64,000 nucleotides of DNA, taken from NCBI GenBank assembly GCA_039621445.1, contig CP154954.1, positions 48,773,847 to 48,837,846 on the forward strand, read 5' to 3'. Below, piece by piece: positions 22,794 through 36,245 of this stretch (its first letter is position 1; each line of letters begins with the position of its first letter). The position numbers were made by a program, and so were the translations under genes. This stretch comes from Euglena gracilis (Eukaryota). The notes beneath the pieces were generated by a model that saw only the letters and a list, made by a program, of their open reading frames with translations, was not told the origin of the DNA and searched no databases.

Positions 22794-25700
22794 CTGGCTG
22801 GCTGTCGGGCTGCGTTGTCTGTTTGTGTATGTTGAGTGGGCGGAGGCGGCATCATTGCACCACCGGCGTCTGGCACAGGAGTGGCCGGGGGTCTTCCCCG
22901 TGGTGGACTTCGCCAACGAGGCGTACCGGCAGGTGGCGCCGGACTACTGGCGGGCACAGGACCGCGGCATTCCGGACCACGTCCGCCTCCACGGCTCCGC
23001 CTTCTCCACCCTGACCATCAACCAGGTGTGCAGTGGACAGCGGGTAGCCGGGGAAGTGCAACACGACGTCCCCCCGAACAGGTGGGTGTGCAACACGCAG
23101 GGCATGGCGATGAATGATTTCCGGTCCCTGTTCTGCCGGGACAAATGCCTGCAGCAAGGATGCAGGTCTACAGAGACCAGAACTCATTTCTTAATGCTAG
23201 ACAATTTCGCTCGCTGTGTGTGTGTGTGTGTGTGTTTGGGTTCCAGACTTCATTGTGGAAATGTGAAGGAATTTTTAGGCTGGAATGGTGCAGGGGAAGG
23301 AATTGCCTGTCCAGCACACACCAGCCGTGGGTTGAGGGCTTCGGCGACCCCGACGGAGCTTTGGTCAGGTGTGATCGCTGCCACTGCCGGCCTCGCCGCA
23401 GAGGTTTCGGACGGCCACGCACACCGACCGGGGGGACTACGACCACGGCCTGAGCGTCCTGACTGTCCTGGAGGTGTGGGCGACCCCATTTACCCCCCAA
23501 CCCAGTTGGGCCATGTGGTGTGCGTTGTGACCGAGTGCATGGCCAAGGTCAAGGCCAATGGATGAACGCCGCAAAAGGGAGCTGCGTGGCCCTTGCAGCA
23601 CCTGCTTCAGCAACCAACTGTGATAAAAAGTACCCAGCCCCCCAGCCCAGGCCCACCAATGCCAAAGGGGAGGACCCCCCCCCCTGCTGAATCACCTGTG
23701 GAGGGAGGTAGTGGGGGTAGTGCCTGCAAGAACCCCCCCCCCCAGGGCAGAACGGGAATCGGCCGAACAGCCAGGGTGGTGGATGGGGGGGTCGACCACC
23801 CCCTGCATGGTGGGTGGGGGGGGGGTCGACCCCACCTCTTCCCGTATTTCCGGGAGCACCAATTTTTGGACCTGAAAAAAAATTCCGGCGCCTTCGGCGC
23901 CGGGTGTTTTTTTGACCCATTTTGGGACCCATTTTGGGGTCCAAAAAACCCCCCAAACCCCATTTTTTCACACCTTCCAAAAATTCAACATTTTTCTCCA
24001 AATGTTGATTTTGAGAAGTTTTTGAAGCAAAAAAATGCTATTGAAACTCCAAATAATTTCAACGAGAAAAAATGTCAGTAAAATTTGATTGTGCCAAAAT
24101 TTTGTCCACATTTTTTAACCTTCGTTTTTTTCACCCCCCTCCTAAAAAATACCAATTTTTAACCCTAAAATTTTTGAGGTTTTTTTTGTGGAAAAATGTG
24201 GTTTTTCGTCAAAGAATCATGTGTTTTGGGTTCATTCTTCAAAAAAAAATCAATTTTTTTTCCGGCCAATATCCCCGTTTTCCTGAAATCGGTGAAAATG
24301 CTGTGGTGGGTGGGGGGGGGGTCGCCCCCCCCCCCCCCACCAGGCCTTCCCGTTCTGCCCTGACCCCTCCCCCCACTGCGTCCTCGAACCCCCTGTTCGG
24401 GCCGCGATTTTTGTCACCTGAGCGTTCGTTGGACACGGGATGGGGGTTGGGTAAAGCCAGCCTGATAACCAGCCCAATGCCCTCCGGCCGGTGCGCTGAC
24501 TTCCTTTTTGTTGTGCACCCAAACAACAACAACAACAACAACAACGACAACAGCAGCAGCAGCAGCATCAACAATAAACCAATAAACCACGCCGCCAGCC
24601 AGGGACCCAGGGGCACCAGAACTATCCAGGGAGATCTTTCCTTGCCGACGCCTGCAGGGGCAGTACGAAGGGTTGTTCATCGGGTTCCCTGACAAGGCTT
24701 TTTCTTCAAAGTGAACGTCCTCCTGGGGGCGAGGGGAGGTCCACCAAAAGGGGATGTGTTTTGGGGTACGTTGTGCCCAGTACATCCCCAGGGGCCAATT
24801 TCGAGGGAAATTCATCTGTGTTGTGTTGCGTTGTGTTGCGTTGCGTTGTGTTGCGTTGTGTTTTGTCTTGTGTTTTGTGTTGTGTTGTGTTGTGTTTTGT
24901 GTTGTGTTGCGTTGCGTTGCGTTGCGTTGTGTTTTGTGTTGCGTTGCGTTTTGTGTTGTGTTTGTGTTGTGTTTTGTGTTGTGTTGTGTTGTGTTGTGTT
25001 GTGTTGTGTTGTGTTGTGTTGTGTTGTGTTGTGTTGTGTTGTGTTGTGTTGTGTTGTGTTGTGTTGTGTTGTGTTGTGTTGTGTTGTTTTGGATCAGCAT
25101 GACCGATCCCCAATCCCCACGGCTGTGCTCTGGGCGGCTCCCAATGAAACAGGTCCCCCCCTCTCCTGTGGGGGAGGCGGTTGGTAATAAAGGAGCCTGT
25201 CCCTGATTTCCGTGTCTGCGTGGATTTGCGGCCCGGGGACCTGATGGTGTTCGACTCGCACTACTTCCACTGCAACACCGAGGTGTGCCACCAGCGACGC
25301 CGTCAGGTTGGTCAGTTGTTTTCAGCCACAGGAGGGACCCCTGCCCCCGGAGGTCCACCCAGCCAGCAGCTGTTTTCCTGCCCCCCCTCCCCCCCACCAC
25401 AAATTTTGATTCTTGCCCAAAGGAAGAGTGATTGGTGAAGGTGCAAAAGCAAAATTTGAGATGTGCAGCCCCATTTTTTTATGCATTTTTCCCCCTGCCC
25501 ATTCTTGGCCCAGTTTTGGGGCCAACACATCGAACTGTTTTGCATAATTGCCACTTTTGTTTTGCACCTAACTCCACCTCTGCTCGAGGAAAGTACCAAC
25601 CAGGAACTTGCCTCGTTCCAACCAGGGAGGAAGGGGGGCAATCTTTTTTCCACCCAGCCCAAATTTCCCAGCCATTGAGCTGGGTCCCCCCCTCCAAGCA

Positions 25701-26591
25701 GTTGTTTGGCAACCTCTTTTTTTTGCCTCCTTACTTGTCTGGCTGTGTCACTTTCTTGTGCCCAGCAGTCTGTTTTTTTTAACGGACAGTATGCCCAGTT
25801 TTTTTTTAATTCTTGAAATACGCCGCACCGGCCAGACTTTTTTTTCGGTCAGCAGACCCATCCCCCCTCAGGGGGACGGGGGGTGGGTCCAGGCCGAACC
25901 CCCCCGGGGGGGGGGTCTTGGTCTGGGTCCGGCCTGGACCCAGGCCAAGGATCAGGCTACGCACTTCCATATTGCCTTACAAACCTCCCGACCCCATTTC
26001 TCTGGTGACCCAGAGGTTGTTTTTCGTATGCAGTCAGCGTTGTGTGATTGAAGTATTTATTGTCTTTCGTCCCCTCCGAATTGATGGCTGCCTCCCTCTG
26101 CCCTCGAACATTCTGCTTTGGGACACGTACAGGTGGAGTCCAGTGCCAGCGACTGGTCACGCCTGTCATGTGTGTTCTACTACCGCTTCAAACTCGGGGA
26201 GACGCTGTGCCTGTCAGAGTGCCAGAGGCGCAAGGTGTGTCCCCCCTGCCCTCCTCTCACCACGCTTGGCTCAGCTACGGTCAGAGACTTTTAAAACTGG
26301 AGCCCCCCCCCCAGCATGGGGTTGGGGGTCCCCCTGTATGGACAAGAATCCCTGGCCACAGTAGCTGTGCCTTTAGGATCCCCTCCTCCCCCCCATGCTC
26401 TTTGTCAGGCGGAGAATGACCACAACCCGGCGCAGCCGTTCGCCCCGCCGGCGGACTTCCAGCCCAGCACCAACGAGCCCCGCGTCCCACGCCCGCCGCG
26501 CCTCAGCGTGACGTCCCTCCTCGTCGGGCCCAGACCTGGGCCAGCGAGACCCGTTCAAGTCGGACGACCCCAGCTACTACGTCCTGTATGA
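17788..26591 (+). CDS. JBP1: J-binding protein 1, truncated copy: complete thymidine hydroxylase (2OG-Fe(II) TET/JBP) domain, no J-DNA-binding domain
   Basis: Exons 17788-17865, ~20459-20550, ~21090-21250, 21788-21934, 22265-22337, 22499-22581, 22879-23025, 23402-23473, 24658-24690, 25205-25282, 26133-26234, 26409-26591. Spliced protein has [68 protein letters not shown] (HxD), [12 protein letters not shown] and [12 protein letters not shown], colinear with kinetoplastid JBP1. Ends 20 codons after the duplication junction. Confidence 0.88.
18250..19393. mobile_element. 1.14-kb insertion with 10-bp TSD (Mutator-like?), private to copy 1, inside JBP1 intron 1
   Basis: Flanked by CCTCCCTCCT (18240-18249 and 19394-19403); single copy at the empty site ~46572. 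Weak TIR GGGT(A/T)AC(A/G)GTAG. Contains 43-bp repeat arrays. Confidence 0.75.
18351..18690. repeat. 43-bp palindromic tandem repeat (~8 units; more at ~19165-19360)
   Basis: Unit CCTCCTCGAACGACCTCGAACGACATTCGAGGAGGATTTTGAT with self-complementary arms CCTCCTCGAA / TTCGAGGAGG; no spacers. Confidence 0.9.
23743..24362. mobile_element. CAG...CTG MITE inside a GT-AG JBP1 intron, shared by both copies (56963-57593)
   Basis: Perfect 16-bp TIR CAGGGCAGAACGGGAA / TTCCCGTTCTGCCCTG; flanks A-poly(C) / ACCCCTCC. Confidence 0.75.
24691..25204 (+). other. Non-conventional JBP1 intron with 8-bp TSD remnant
   Basis: TCCCT|GAC-AAGGCTTTT ... GGAGCCTG-TCCCT|GAT. Direct repeats TCCCTGAC (24686-24693) and TCCCTGAT (25200-25207); splicing gives [15 protein letters not shown]. 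Confidence 0.8.
24817..25087. repeat. (GTGTT)n pentanucleotide microsatellite
   Basis: Seen directly; much shorter in copy 2 (~58071-58156). Confidence 0.95.
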
Positions 26592-29500
26592 CAAGGTGGA
26601 GTTCACCTTCAACGATCTGGGGGTGTGGGGCAGAGCGCTGCCTTTTTACCTGCAGCAGTTCAAGTGCGATCCCTCACAAGGTTTTGGTCGGTCCGTGAGT
26701 CCTCTGGAAGTTCCATTTTGGGGTCTTTGTTTTGAATTCTTCTTCAGCAATCGGACACGAAAAAAGAACACAACATTTTGGGAAATGCGGAAATTGCAGG
26801 GTTTGCACAAAACTTGCAGAAAAATTGATGTTGGGAGTGTGCAAATATCTGTTGGAGGGGACTGACAAAGAAATTCATCCCATTTCACCCCATATGGGAT
26901 TCATTTTCATTTTGAAACAGTGGTGTATACTTTGAACTGTCATTCACACTTTTTTCACAAACCAGAAACATAATTTTGTAATTTTGGAGTAAAAGGCCAA
27001 AAAATTGCTTCCTGGAAAAGGCGAAAATGACAAAAATTTGATAAAGCCTTTGGTAGCATTCTGGATTCAAATATTTCTAAGTCGAAGGATAATAAATCGA
27101 GATCATTTGAGCAGAACTCGAAGAAACCTAAAAAGTCATAAAACTCACAAATGCAAACCAGCAGAGAAAAATAATTTGTGCTTCCTTGTGAACCATTCAA
27201 AGGACGGCTGGAACTCACCACCTCTTCATTTTGCAGATGCCACCAAAGAATGCAGACCAAGGGAGGAAAGGAATAAAAACTGCAGAAAAATTGCAAAAAA
27301 AATGGCAGGAATTGTGGAAATTGCCAGGAAATTGCAGACATCAATTATCCTCCCTACCGTGGGGTGTAGGGCGATCTCCTCTGATGATGAAGTCTGATGC
27401 CCAAAGATATCCCAAAATGGGTTTTTAACCGGGGGAAAAAATGAACTTGCCGTCCCAGCACATTCATTTGAAGAAGGGGTGGGGAATTCAAATTTTCTTT
27501 AAAACAGGTCGGCAATGGGAAACAATTGCTTCCCAGCATCCTTGGAACGTGGCCCATCTGCCAAAATGGACAAATGCGGGTTTCGAGCGTTCAATTCTTG
27601 ATACCATTTGAGCCCCAAACCGCCCGCCCCTTGGAAGTCTGAATCGGCCTTTGAGTGGAAATTTCGTTTGAAAAACATCCCATCTTTTATGGCCTTTGAT
27701 AAAGCACAGGAGGAAAACACATAACACGTGAAACCACGTGCTATGTGTGCCTTGGAATGGAAACCTTGAATCATCTTTTCCTACCCCCCCTAATTGTAGA
27801 GTGTGGGTGCTCTTGTAGTGGACGCTCGCTTCGCCAGAGGGGGGTGCTCTACTATTTAGACCCTGCTCTTGTTGTGGACATCACACACAGCGTGACGCAC
27901 GCACTCAAGGAGCCAAATCTTACGTTATCTGGAAAAACAGTGTGTGTGTGTGTGCCTGTGTGTGTGTGTGTGTGTGTGTGTGCATGTGTGTGTGTGTGTG
28001 TGTGTGCAGGGTGAGGCACCTCCGAAAACATGCCGCCACAGTAAAATTAAAAGTTAATATTATGCATAAAAAGCAACAAAAACAAAATTAACAAAAGCCT
28101 CTCCAAAATCAGGAGGTGAAGCGCTGGACGCTGAAAAAAATCTTTCAAATCTTCCAAAAACCATAATTTCAGACAGAAAAAAGATGATCCCCAATTATTT
28201 GGGGATTATTGAGACCAGTAAATATAAACGCCGAGTTTCGCAGGTCAAATATGAAGCAAAAGTGCCAAAAGATTTTTTTGGGGTCGTTGGAAATTCAAAA
28301 TTTCCCCGGCACTTTTTCCCATGGCCTTCAATATCGATTCTCCCCCCCCCGGTGTCCCAGCGAGCGTCCGGGCCCCGCCCTGCGCGGGATCGACACCACT
28401 GCGGTGGATTTCTTCTGCATGCCGGTCGCCCTCCACTTCGAGGGCCGGCCCGGCACCGCCGTCGGCCTCGCCCAGCCCCGCGCCGCCGTGCTGCGCACCG
28501 TGGCGGACGCCTTCGCCGGCCCCTGGGGCCGCCTCCTCCTCACGCACCCCGCCCGTCCCGGTGAGGGAGCAGCCGCCATACACGCGTGCTCGTGCGGTGC
28601 GAGACTTGCCGACACGTTCCCCGCTTCCCTTGGGGCCCGCCGCGTGGGACGCTGGCAACCCGGACGGCAAAGAAGCGGTCCTCCGCGTCCTGGCGCCCAA
28701 CAAGGCCATTGCGCAGGGGCACTCCCAGGCCGACGGTTCTTCTCTCCACTCGGAAACCGAAGCCTGCGCCCGAGATTTTTGTGCATCCTCTTTCAGCAGA
28801 GTCAGTGTCGCCGGTGCAGAATATGCTGTACCCAATTTGGACACAGTTTTGCTTGATGGGTGGTGGATGTGGACTATTGTCGCATCCACTGGTTTCCGGC
28901 GGGGGTACGTGCGAATGGCACATCTGGGAACCAATTTTCCCCGGTGCACTTACCCCATGGCCGATTCCCTCTGGCCTTGGCCGTCGGGACCCAGCCGAGA
29001 ACTTCCCCGCAGACTACCTGCAGACCGCCATCCAGGCTGTCTGGACCCACTACCGAGCCTCCGGGGCCAGCCCGGCCACGGCCCGGTTCACACTGGGAAA
29101 ACCTGCAAATGCCTATGGATGGCTGGGACCCCGCCAAGGTGCATATCTGTTTTGCCTCAGCTGTGGAGCCGTCGAGCCAAGGCAGCACAATGTCATGCAT
29201 CGGTCCCAGTTTGCCTCAGCTTGGCAAGCAGTTCTTACACAAGACCAGGCAATTTTCTGACTGCTAGTTTTTTTATTTATTTTTTCAAAATCAAAATACA
29301 GGGGCGTGGTGTGTGAGGTGCACGGAGAACTCCGGGTTCTGGGAGGTGCCTATGTGGGTACAGTCCACGTTTGCCGCAACTCCGCGCTCTTCCACACCCG
29401 TGGCGTTGGGTGGGGCACCTTGTCGGGGGGCGGGGCCGGGCAGTGCGTTGGAGCCCCGCGGACCACGTGCTGCGGGTGGACTGCGGCGAGCTGATCGGCT

Positions 29501-32500
29501 TCGGCTTCCCGCTGAGCGACGTGGACGGCGGCAAGCTGACCGCCGCCAACGCGCTGTTCACCGGCTGGGTCACCGCAGACGGCGCCACCTTCCACTTCGA
29601 GAACTCCACAAAGAACCAGGCAGCCCCCGGGTGACAGGGTGTGGGTTGGGAGGTATGGAGGGGTGGCCGGGGGCCGGGCTGCCTGTCGGGGACGTGGTGA
29701 GGGTTGCCCTCCCGCAGTCCAACCAGGTCTTCGGCTGCGACGGCGGCTCGATGACGTGCGTCCCCAACACCGCGGCCTCCGTTGTGGTGCGGGAGTTGGG
29801 GGCGGCGGCTGCCACGCTGCCTGTGCGGCTCGGGGGGTGGGGGAGGTGCGCTGGAAGACAATGGGGTCGTGTTTCCGTTCCCCCACGTTTATGTTTCATC
29901 GTTGATCAATTGTATTCAGAACGCAGCTTCGTGTCTGAGCCTCCTCCTACGGTACCCCCGAACAGGTGTGTGTGTGTGTGTGTGTGTGCGTGTGCGTGCG
30001 TGTGTGTGTGTGTGTGTGTGTGTTCGGCGGGTTGCAAAAACATATGCACACATGTGGGACAACACAATGTCCCCATTCTGGGGACAGCTCTCTGGTCCAA
30101 ACACCTGTCCAGTTGTGGGCTTTCCCAGCCAGTTGTGCTGCCGACAAAAGTCCCCCAAACGAGAGATGGGGAACGTGACAAAAATGTGAACGTTCGAGCT
30201 CAACTCCTTGAACGTTTTTAAGCCCCCTTCCCCTCAAGGGGGGACTTAGCCTCCTTGAACCACCTCAAATGACATTTGAGGAGTCTTTCGAGCCTCCTCG
30301 AATGTCGTTTGAGCGCGTTTGATGAGGCTCGAGAGCCTCCTCCCACGGAGCCTCCTACCGTACCCCTGCCCCCCCCCCCCTGCTCCATGCGGGCGCCATT
30401 CCCCCAGGCAGGGGGGCCCGCCCAATGACGGTCGGGCTGCTGCCGTTGCCGGACCGGATGAAGAACCCGGCCACCGGGAAGCTGGAGGACGTCGCCCTCT
30501 GTCGCTCCTTCTTCACCCGGCAAGGGCGGCCCCAGGGCAGTGGGGGCTGGGCCGGTGCTTTCTCTGCCTTGGCTGAGTAGCCGATGTCTGTCTCATGAGG
30601 TCTGCCGACCTCACAGTTTGGTATTGGGGGGGGAAGGGCACCCTCACAGATGGGCTGCCCTTCCCCCCGGCCGGACGTCAAGAAGCTCTTCTACACCAAC
30701 AGCCCGGCCCTCCCCCCCACCCCGGCCGGCCCGGCCTACAACCTGTACTCCAAGGTGCTCCACAGCTTCGGCGACAAGGTGTACGCGTTTGCGTTCGACG
30801 ATGCGGTGGGCAGGCTCTTGCTGCAGGACCGATTTCCCCCATAGGAATTCACTGGTGTGTGTGTATCTGTTCGATCTCACCCAGGCTTCTGAATGGCTTT
30901 CCCTTCCACCCCATGGGAAGGAAAGGCTTTTTTTTTCACATGTTTAACAATCATCGCCCTCTCCAGAATCATGAGTGCATTCCAAACATTCCAGCCCCTC
31001 AGGAACCAGGGAGAGGTGAGGTCGCGGCTCTCTCTCACCCAGTTACTGGACCCTCCAGGTTTCTCCGCAAAGGTCTGACTGGGGGAGAGGATAGCACGCT
31101 GCACTCCAGTGACACTGCCCCAGGGCTCCCATAGTGAGTTTCAGTCAGAGGCTTTTTCTGAAATAAATTTTGAAAGGAGAGACGCTTCCCTCCTTGTCAT
31201 ATGCCTAACCTGCATGCTGTGACAGGAGTGTTCGCACCTTTGCCAGACATCTGGGAAATGGTGTCACAAGACCCAGAATCCCGTTTCAAACATCCACGGG
31301 AGGATTCTCTGCGAGGACGACTCTCGGTCATCCTTTCTCTTAGTCATCGGGGGAAACACATGAATGTGAACGTGTGCTTTTTTTCTCTTCCTGTCGCTTG
31401 CTGTTGGCCTGGGAAAGGGGTTTCCGCCCCCCATGACTGCCACTGCCCATTGCCAGCCGGGAGCACCGGTGATGTTCCCAGTGCCTTCGCCTTGCCAACC
31501 CCTGCCTGCCATTTGCCATATGCCATTTGTCATCTCGTCATTTGGGGTCCTGGCTGGGACCCAAATGTCCCGGACGTCAGCACACCGTACGTCGTGGTCC
31601 TGGGGGACATGACCGGCTCCGTCCTGCCTGTCCAGCCGTCGGCCCCCCGCGCTCACAACCAGATGTCTTCCCAGGGCCAAAACGGGAATCCCACGGGGTT
31701 CAGACCACCCACCAGCTACCCCTTCCCATTGCTTCAGAGTCGCCGATTTTCAGGTCAAATTTCCCTTGTCTGGTGCCATGGTGGGTGGTGGTCCAACCAC
31801 CCAGCCCACCCCCTCCCCCCAACCTCCCGGGCTGTGGAGGTGCACCCCATCCCTCCCAGGCTTTCCTGCACCGCCCTCATCTGCCCCTAAACATCGCTTC
31901 CGTTCCCTCCTCCTGTGCCCCCTACCACAGCCCCAGACAAGGACCACTGGGGCGACGGATGGCGGTGACATCCACGACGACACGCACTACCACGTCACCC
32001 TCACTCCGGGCTGGGGTGGCAAGGGGACCTACGTAGCGCCGGATGGCAAAACGTTGGACTTTGCGTGGCCGTCCAACTGTGTCATCCCGACCCAGCCCTT
32101 TTCATGGGCCGGCTACGGTCAGAGAACAGAGGTTGCCGGTCGTTGGCCATAGGGGGGAGCACAAAAATCAGAAAGGGAGGTGTATACGTCTCACAAATTC
32201 CCAGAAATCTTGTGATGTGAGAGGCTACCCAACCGATGCTTTGGATGAATACATACGACGTTTGCAAAGCATGACCTCACAAAGCATCTTCAACATCAAT
32301 CTTCAACACAGGGGCTGAAAAGATTGCTCACAAGGCCCAAAGGCAGATTCTGTGTCAGCAGGCTATGGTGCCCATGTGTGAGTGGGCTCCGCAGACATTG
32401 ACAAGTTACGTCAATACATTGGTTGTTATCCTCAAAAAATGGAAGCTGACTTTTTGCTTTTGGGGCGATTGCATGCCTTTGTCTTGTGTTTTCCCTTGTT

Positions 32501-32859
32501 TTCCACCGCCAAAATGATGTTGGCACAGGCCGCTGCGATAGCTGAGGCTTCCTTGGGACTCCTGCCAACCCCAACTCCGTCACCGGCGAGATTAAAATAC
32601 CAGGTGGATGTGCCGGCCAACAGTGTGTGGGGTTTCAACGAAACCCTTGCTTTGTCAAGTTGTGTAGCCTTGAGCTTCTGCTTACCTCAGGTGACACTTC
32701 TGGTTTGTTAGTGTAGTTTTTTCCAGAGCACCCACCCCTACGTTAGGGCTAATTGCATTTCTGGTGGAAAATTTTTGTTGGATTTTCTGTACAGCGTGCG
32801 GGCAATATGCCTGCTTCCACATATTGCATCCAAAAATATGATCCGTGCAGGCCTGTATA

Positions 32860-32940
<81 letters not shown>

Positions 32941-34324
32941 AATGGAAACCCCCCTCCGTGTCAACGACACTTTTCTGGAACTTTTTTTTCACGTGCTGGC
33001 CAAAGTTCTTTCAAGGAAATTCAGCCAAGGCACTTAGTAATTGTGTCGCATTTTCTTCCCAGCCATGGCCTTGAATGATTTCAATGAATTTGGTGATTGG
33101 GTACAATATGAGAGGTCAAGGTCACCATGCATACACGGGACCTGTCATTGTTGCCAGCGGGATCTTTTTTTTATGGTACCGTGCCGTTGTCGCAGCATGT
33201 TGTTGTTGGCAACCCTCCATGCCAACAGCATGGATTTTCATGCATTTTCTGGAACATTGGTGTGTCTTGGACAGGCGCCTAGAGCCCTGGGGTGGAAGGA
33301 TCAAAAGGGGCGGGGTTGGTGCCGACCTCCTGCCGTGTCTCTCTCCCCCCCTGGACCTCCCCCGGACCACCGGCATAGCAGGGGGGGGGTTACATTTGTG
33401 CGGTTTGGGTGGTTCATTTCTTCCTTTGCCCCGGAAGGGCTGCCGCGGACGTGACGTGCCCCTTCCGCTTCCAGTACGACGTCGGGGCGGGGCGGGACAC
33501 GTTCGAGGTGGCGGTCAACGTGCGGCGGGTGCGGTGCCTCAGCAGCGCGGCGAAGGTCTCCCTCGGCGTGGACTGGCACGTGGAGGGGACGGCGGTGACC
33601 AGGGGTTTCCTTCCGCCAAAGGGGACCCTACCCCTGGCGGGGAGGGGGGCCAGACAGCCAGCGCCTTTTTTCTTCCAGCCAGCAGCTCCCAGCCAGGCTG
33701 CAGACCCCCTCCCCTGGGGGGGGGGTCCGCTGAAACAAAGTTGGGGGTCCAGCCAGTTCGGAGAATCCGGGCTGGACCGAAGCGAAGAGCCAAAATTTTT
33801 AGGGAAAGGGGGTCAAAATGGCAAAAAGAATGGCATTTTTGGGTTTTTTGCCTCCAATTTTGGCTGAAAATTCCAACCCAACTGGATTTTGGTCCTTTTC
33901 GCCTGTTTTTTGGAGGTAGCACCCACGTCCACTTCCAGCCAGCCCCCCCCCCCCCACAGGGCTGTACGGGAATCCGTGAAACCCAATGGGTGGTGGATGG
34001 GGGGTTGACCACCCCACCCCATCCTGGTAGTAGGGTCCGACCCCCCCCCCCACCAGGCCTTCCCGTATTTCTGGTGGCGCTGATTTTTAGTTTGTAAATT
34101 TCCTTCTCAGCCTTTGGCGCCGAAGGAATTTTCTTTGAGCAAGTGCTGTGGTGGTGGGGGGGTCGACCAACCCCCCCCTCCCACCTCCCGTGGGGGTTGA
34201 CTCCCCCCACCAGGCCTTCCCATACAGCCCTGCCCTCCCCCCCAAGGGTTTGCAGGACCCCCCCCCCTGCGCCTCAAGAGAACCCCTGGGGGCGACCCTT
34301 TCCTTGGAGGGCGCCCCACGCTGA
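26529..34324 (+). pseudogene. GH64 beta-1,3-glucanase copy 2, 5'-truncated by the duplication junction
   Basis: Begins mid-exon (PDLGQRDPFKSDDPSYYVLYDKVEFTFNDLGVW, 26530-26627; contains the GH64 EFT motif). Intron 26628-28387 (GGGCAG...CTGCGCGG) joins it to IDTTAVDFF. Remaining exons as in copy 1, stop TGA at 34322-34324. No start codon of its own. Confidence 0.75.
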
Positions 34325-36181
34325 GCAAGCCATCCGGGGGGACCACTCCGGCCACCGCCACGCAGCATCAGTGCCTCTCCCCTTCCCTCCTCCACTCTTC
34401 TGAACCTAATTTGCTTCTATTGCCCGGCGCAGGTACTGAAGGCCGCTTTTTTGGTTTGGGGTGTGAGGGGTTTCACGGAATTCCTTCCCTTTACTGTCAA
34501 CCATCTCTTGACAATCCACCTGTTGACCATCACCACTCCTAATTGTGTTTTTGTTGTTGTCGTTGTTGATGTGCTGAACATATATTCCTCAAACAATCTT
34601 CCAGAATAAAAGTTGAGGATTTTGTTTTTTGTCCCATGACCCGCATCGTCAGTCAGCTGGACATGATTGGCCCTCCGTGTCCCGTTGACACCGTCCGCAC
34701 CAGTGCCAGCCCGCTTCCGTTTCCCGTTTGTCCGCTTTGCCGACCCATATGTTCACCAGAAACCCATCCTGTTGCTGTTTGGCAACTTGGAAGCCAGGTC
34801 CGAGCCACCCTGCGTCTCTTTTCCCACAACGATGAAAGATGAGCCGCCCGCCCTCCAAGTGCATCCCCTGGGGAGGCACAATTATGCTCTGGGGCAGCCT
34901 TGGCGAAGCCGGTTCATTTGGGGAATCCCCCAAATATTAGCAAAGCGTTGCTTATATTTGGGGTCCCTCAAGTTTGCCATGTGGACTGAGGGGTAAACTT
35001 TGGACGAAATGGCCAACAAAAAGAATTTACGTTTTCCAAGAAAGGAGGCGACACATTTTTTTCAAGAGAGTCCATCCTTTAGATTTCAAAAAAAGCATCT
35101 GGAGCAGGGAAAACAGTAAATGTAGTGAACTCGGATATTTGATTGCCTGATGTTTGCTTGGATTTGAGGTTTCCTTTCATATATGTTGCATATACCTGCG
35201 TTTTTCTGGGGTTGATTAAACGTGCCCTTGAGCTGCTCCACAGCGCATTGCTTCAATTTGGGGCAGGGAATGTCTCAAGCCAGACCCCACCCTACCTCTG
35301 GGGGTCCAGCCAGCCAGCACCTTCCAGCCAGCATCTCCCAGCCGACCCGGGGGGGGGGGGTGGAAATATAGTCTTCGCATTCGTCAAAGCCGGGATGGAC
35401 TGAATAATTTCTGGAAAAGGCGGTCAGAAATGCCAAATGTGGTATTTTTGATCGTTTTTTGGGGGGGTTCGGCTCTGGTTTTTGGCTGAAAAAACCCAGG
35501 TGGATTTTCCTCCCTTGTTTTCGGGTATACCCCCCCCCCCCAGGAGCCAGCACCTTTTTTCCAACAGCACCTTTTCCCATCCGTTTTTCCAGCCATAATT
35601 GGGGCCCTCAGGAATTCCCTGTGTGGGGGGTCTATTATCATTGTTACATTGTTGCGCATTAACATAAAAAAACCAGAATCATATTCTGCATGTTTTTTAA
35701 AAGGAAAATATTTCGTCATTTGGCCTCTGTTTAAGTGGGGGGGGTGCCCCCCCCCTCGTCCTATTGTGCACAGGGTTTTTTCAGCCCCATGCTAAGCTGG
35801 TCACGCACTTCATGTCCGCAGCCTGCTTTCGGATCGGTCCAGCTGCGAGTTGCGGGAACAACTCCCCCCCCCCCCAAGCCTGCCCCTCAGCACTCTCTGT
35901 CCCGTTCAGCCGTTGCCTGCCCGGCGGAGAACACCCACCGACACTATTTCCTGCCACCCCCGTCCCAGACTGCCGACCTCGTCGACAGCCGGAACCCCCT
36001 CCCAGCCCACACGACGGAAAACCACGAGAAAAAACCTCTGCCCCAGATGACTCACCTCGTCCCAATAAAGGCTTGTGCCTTTTTTTTAAAGTCCTTGCTG
36101 GATTTGGAATGCAGGAGGGAATGCAGTAGGAGGCAGCTGAGCTTCGACTTCGTCCGCTTTATGTTGCTCCTCATTCACATT

Positions 36182-36245
<64 letters not shown>

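Larger units (their letters stand above)
1..26528. repeat. Tandem segmental duplication, copy 1 (begins upstream of window)
   Basis: Position 1 (GTGACGCACGCACTCAAGGAGCCAAATCTTA) recurs at ~27892. Colinear near-identity continues to ...TCCCTCCTCGTCGGG at 26528, equivalent to 59346. Confidence 0.95.

Noticed and set aside
24414-25400. Cys/Val-rich and HNTTQ-repeat ORFs
   Set aside because: Produced by the (GTGTT)n tract inside an intron.
511-26591. GH64 + amidase + JBP1 as a functional operon or defence system
   Set aside because: Intron-rich eukaryotic genes with unrelated functions; the repeated order comes from a single duplication.
26529-26627. In-frame JBP1-GH64 fusion protein
   Set aside because: The GH64 frame is shifted by one base relative to JBP1, and the JBP1 frame stops at 26591.
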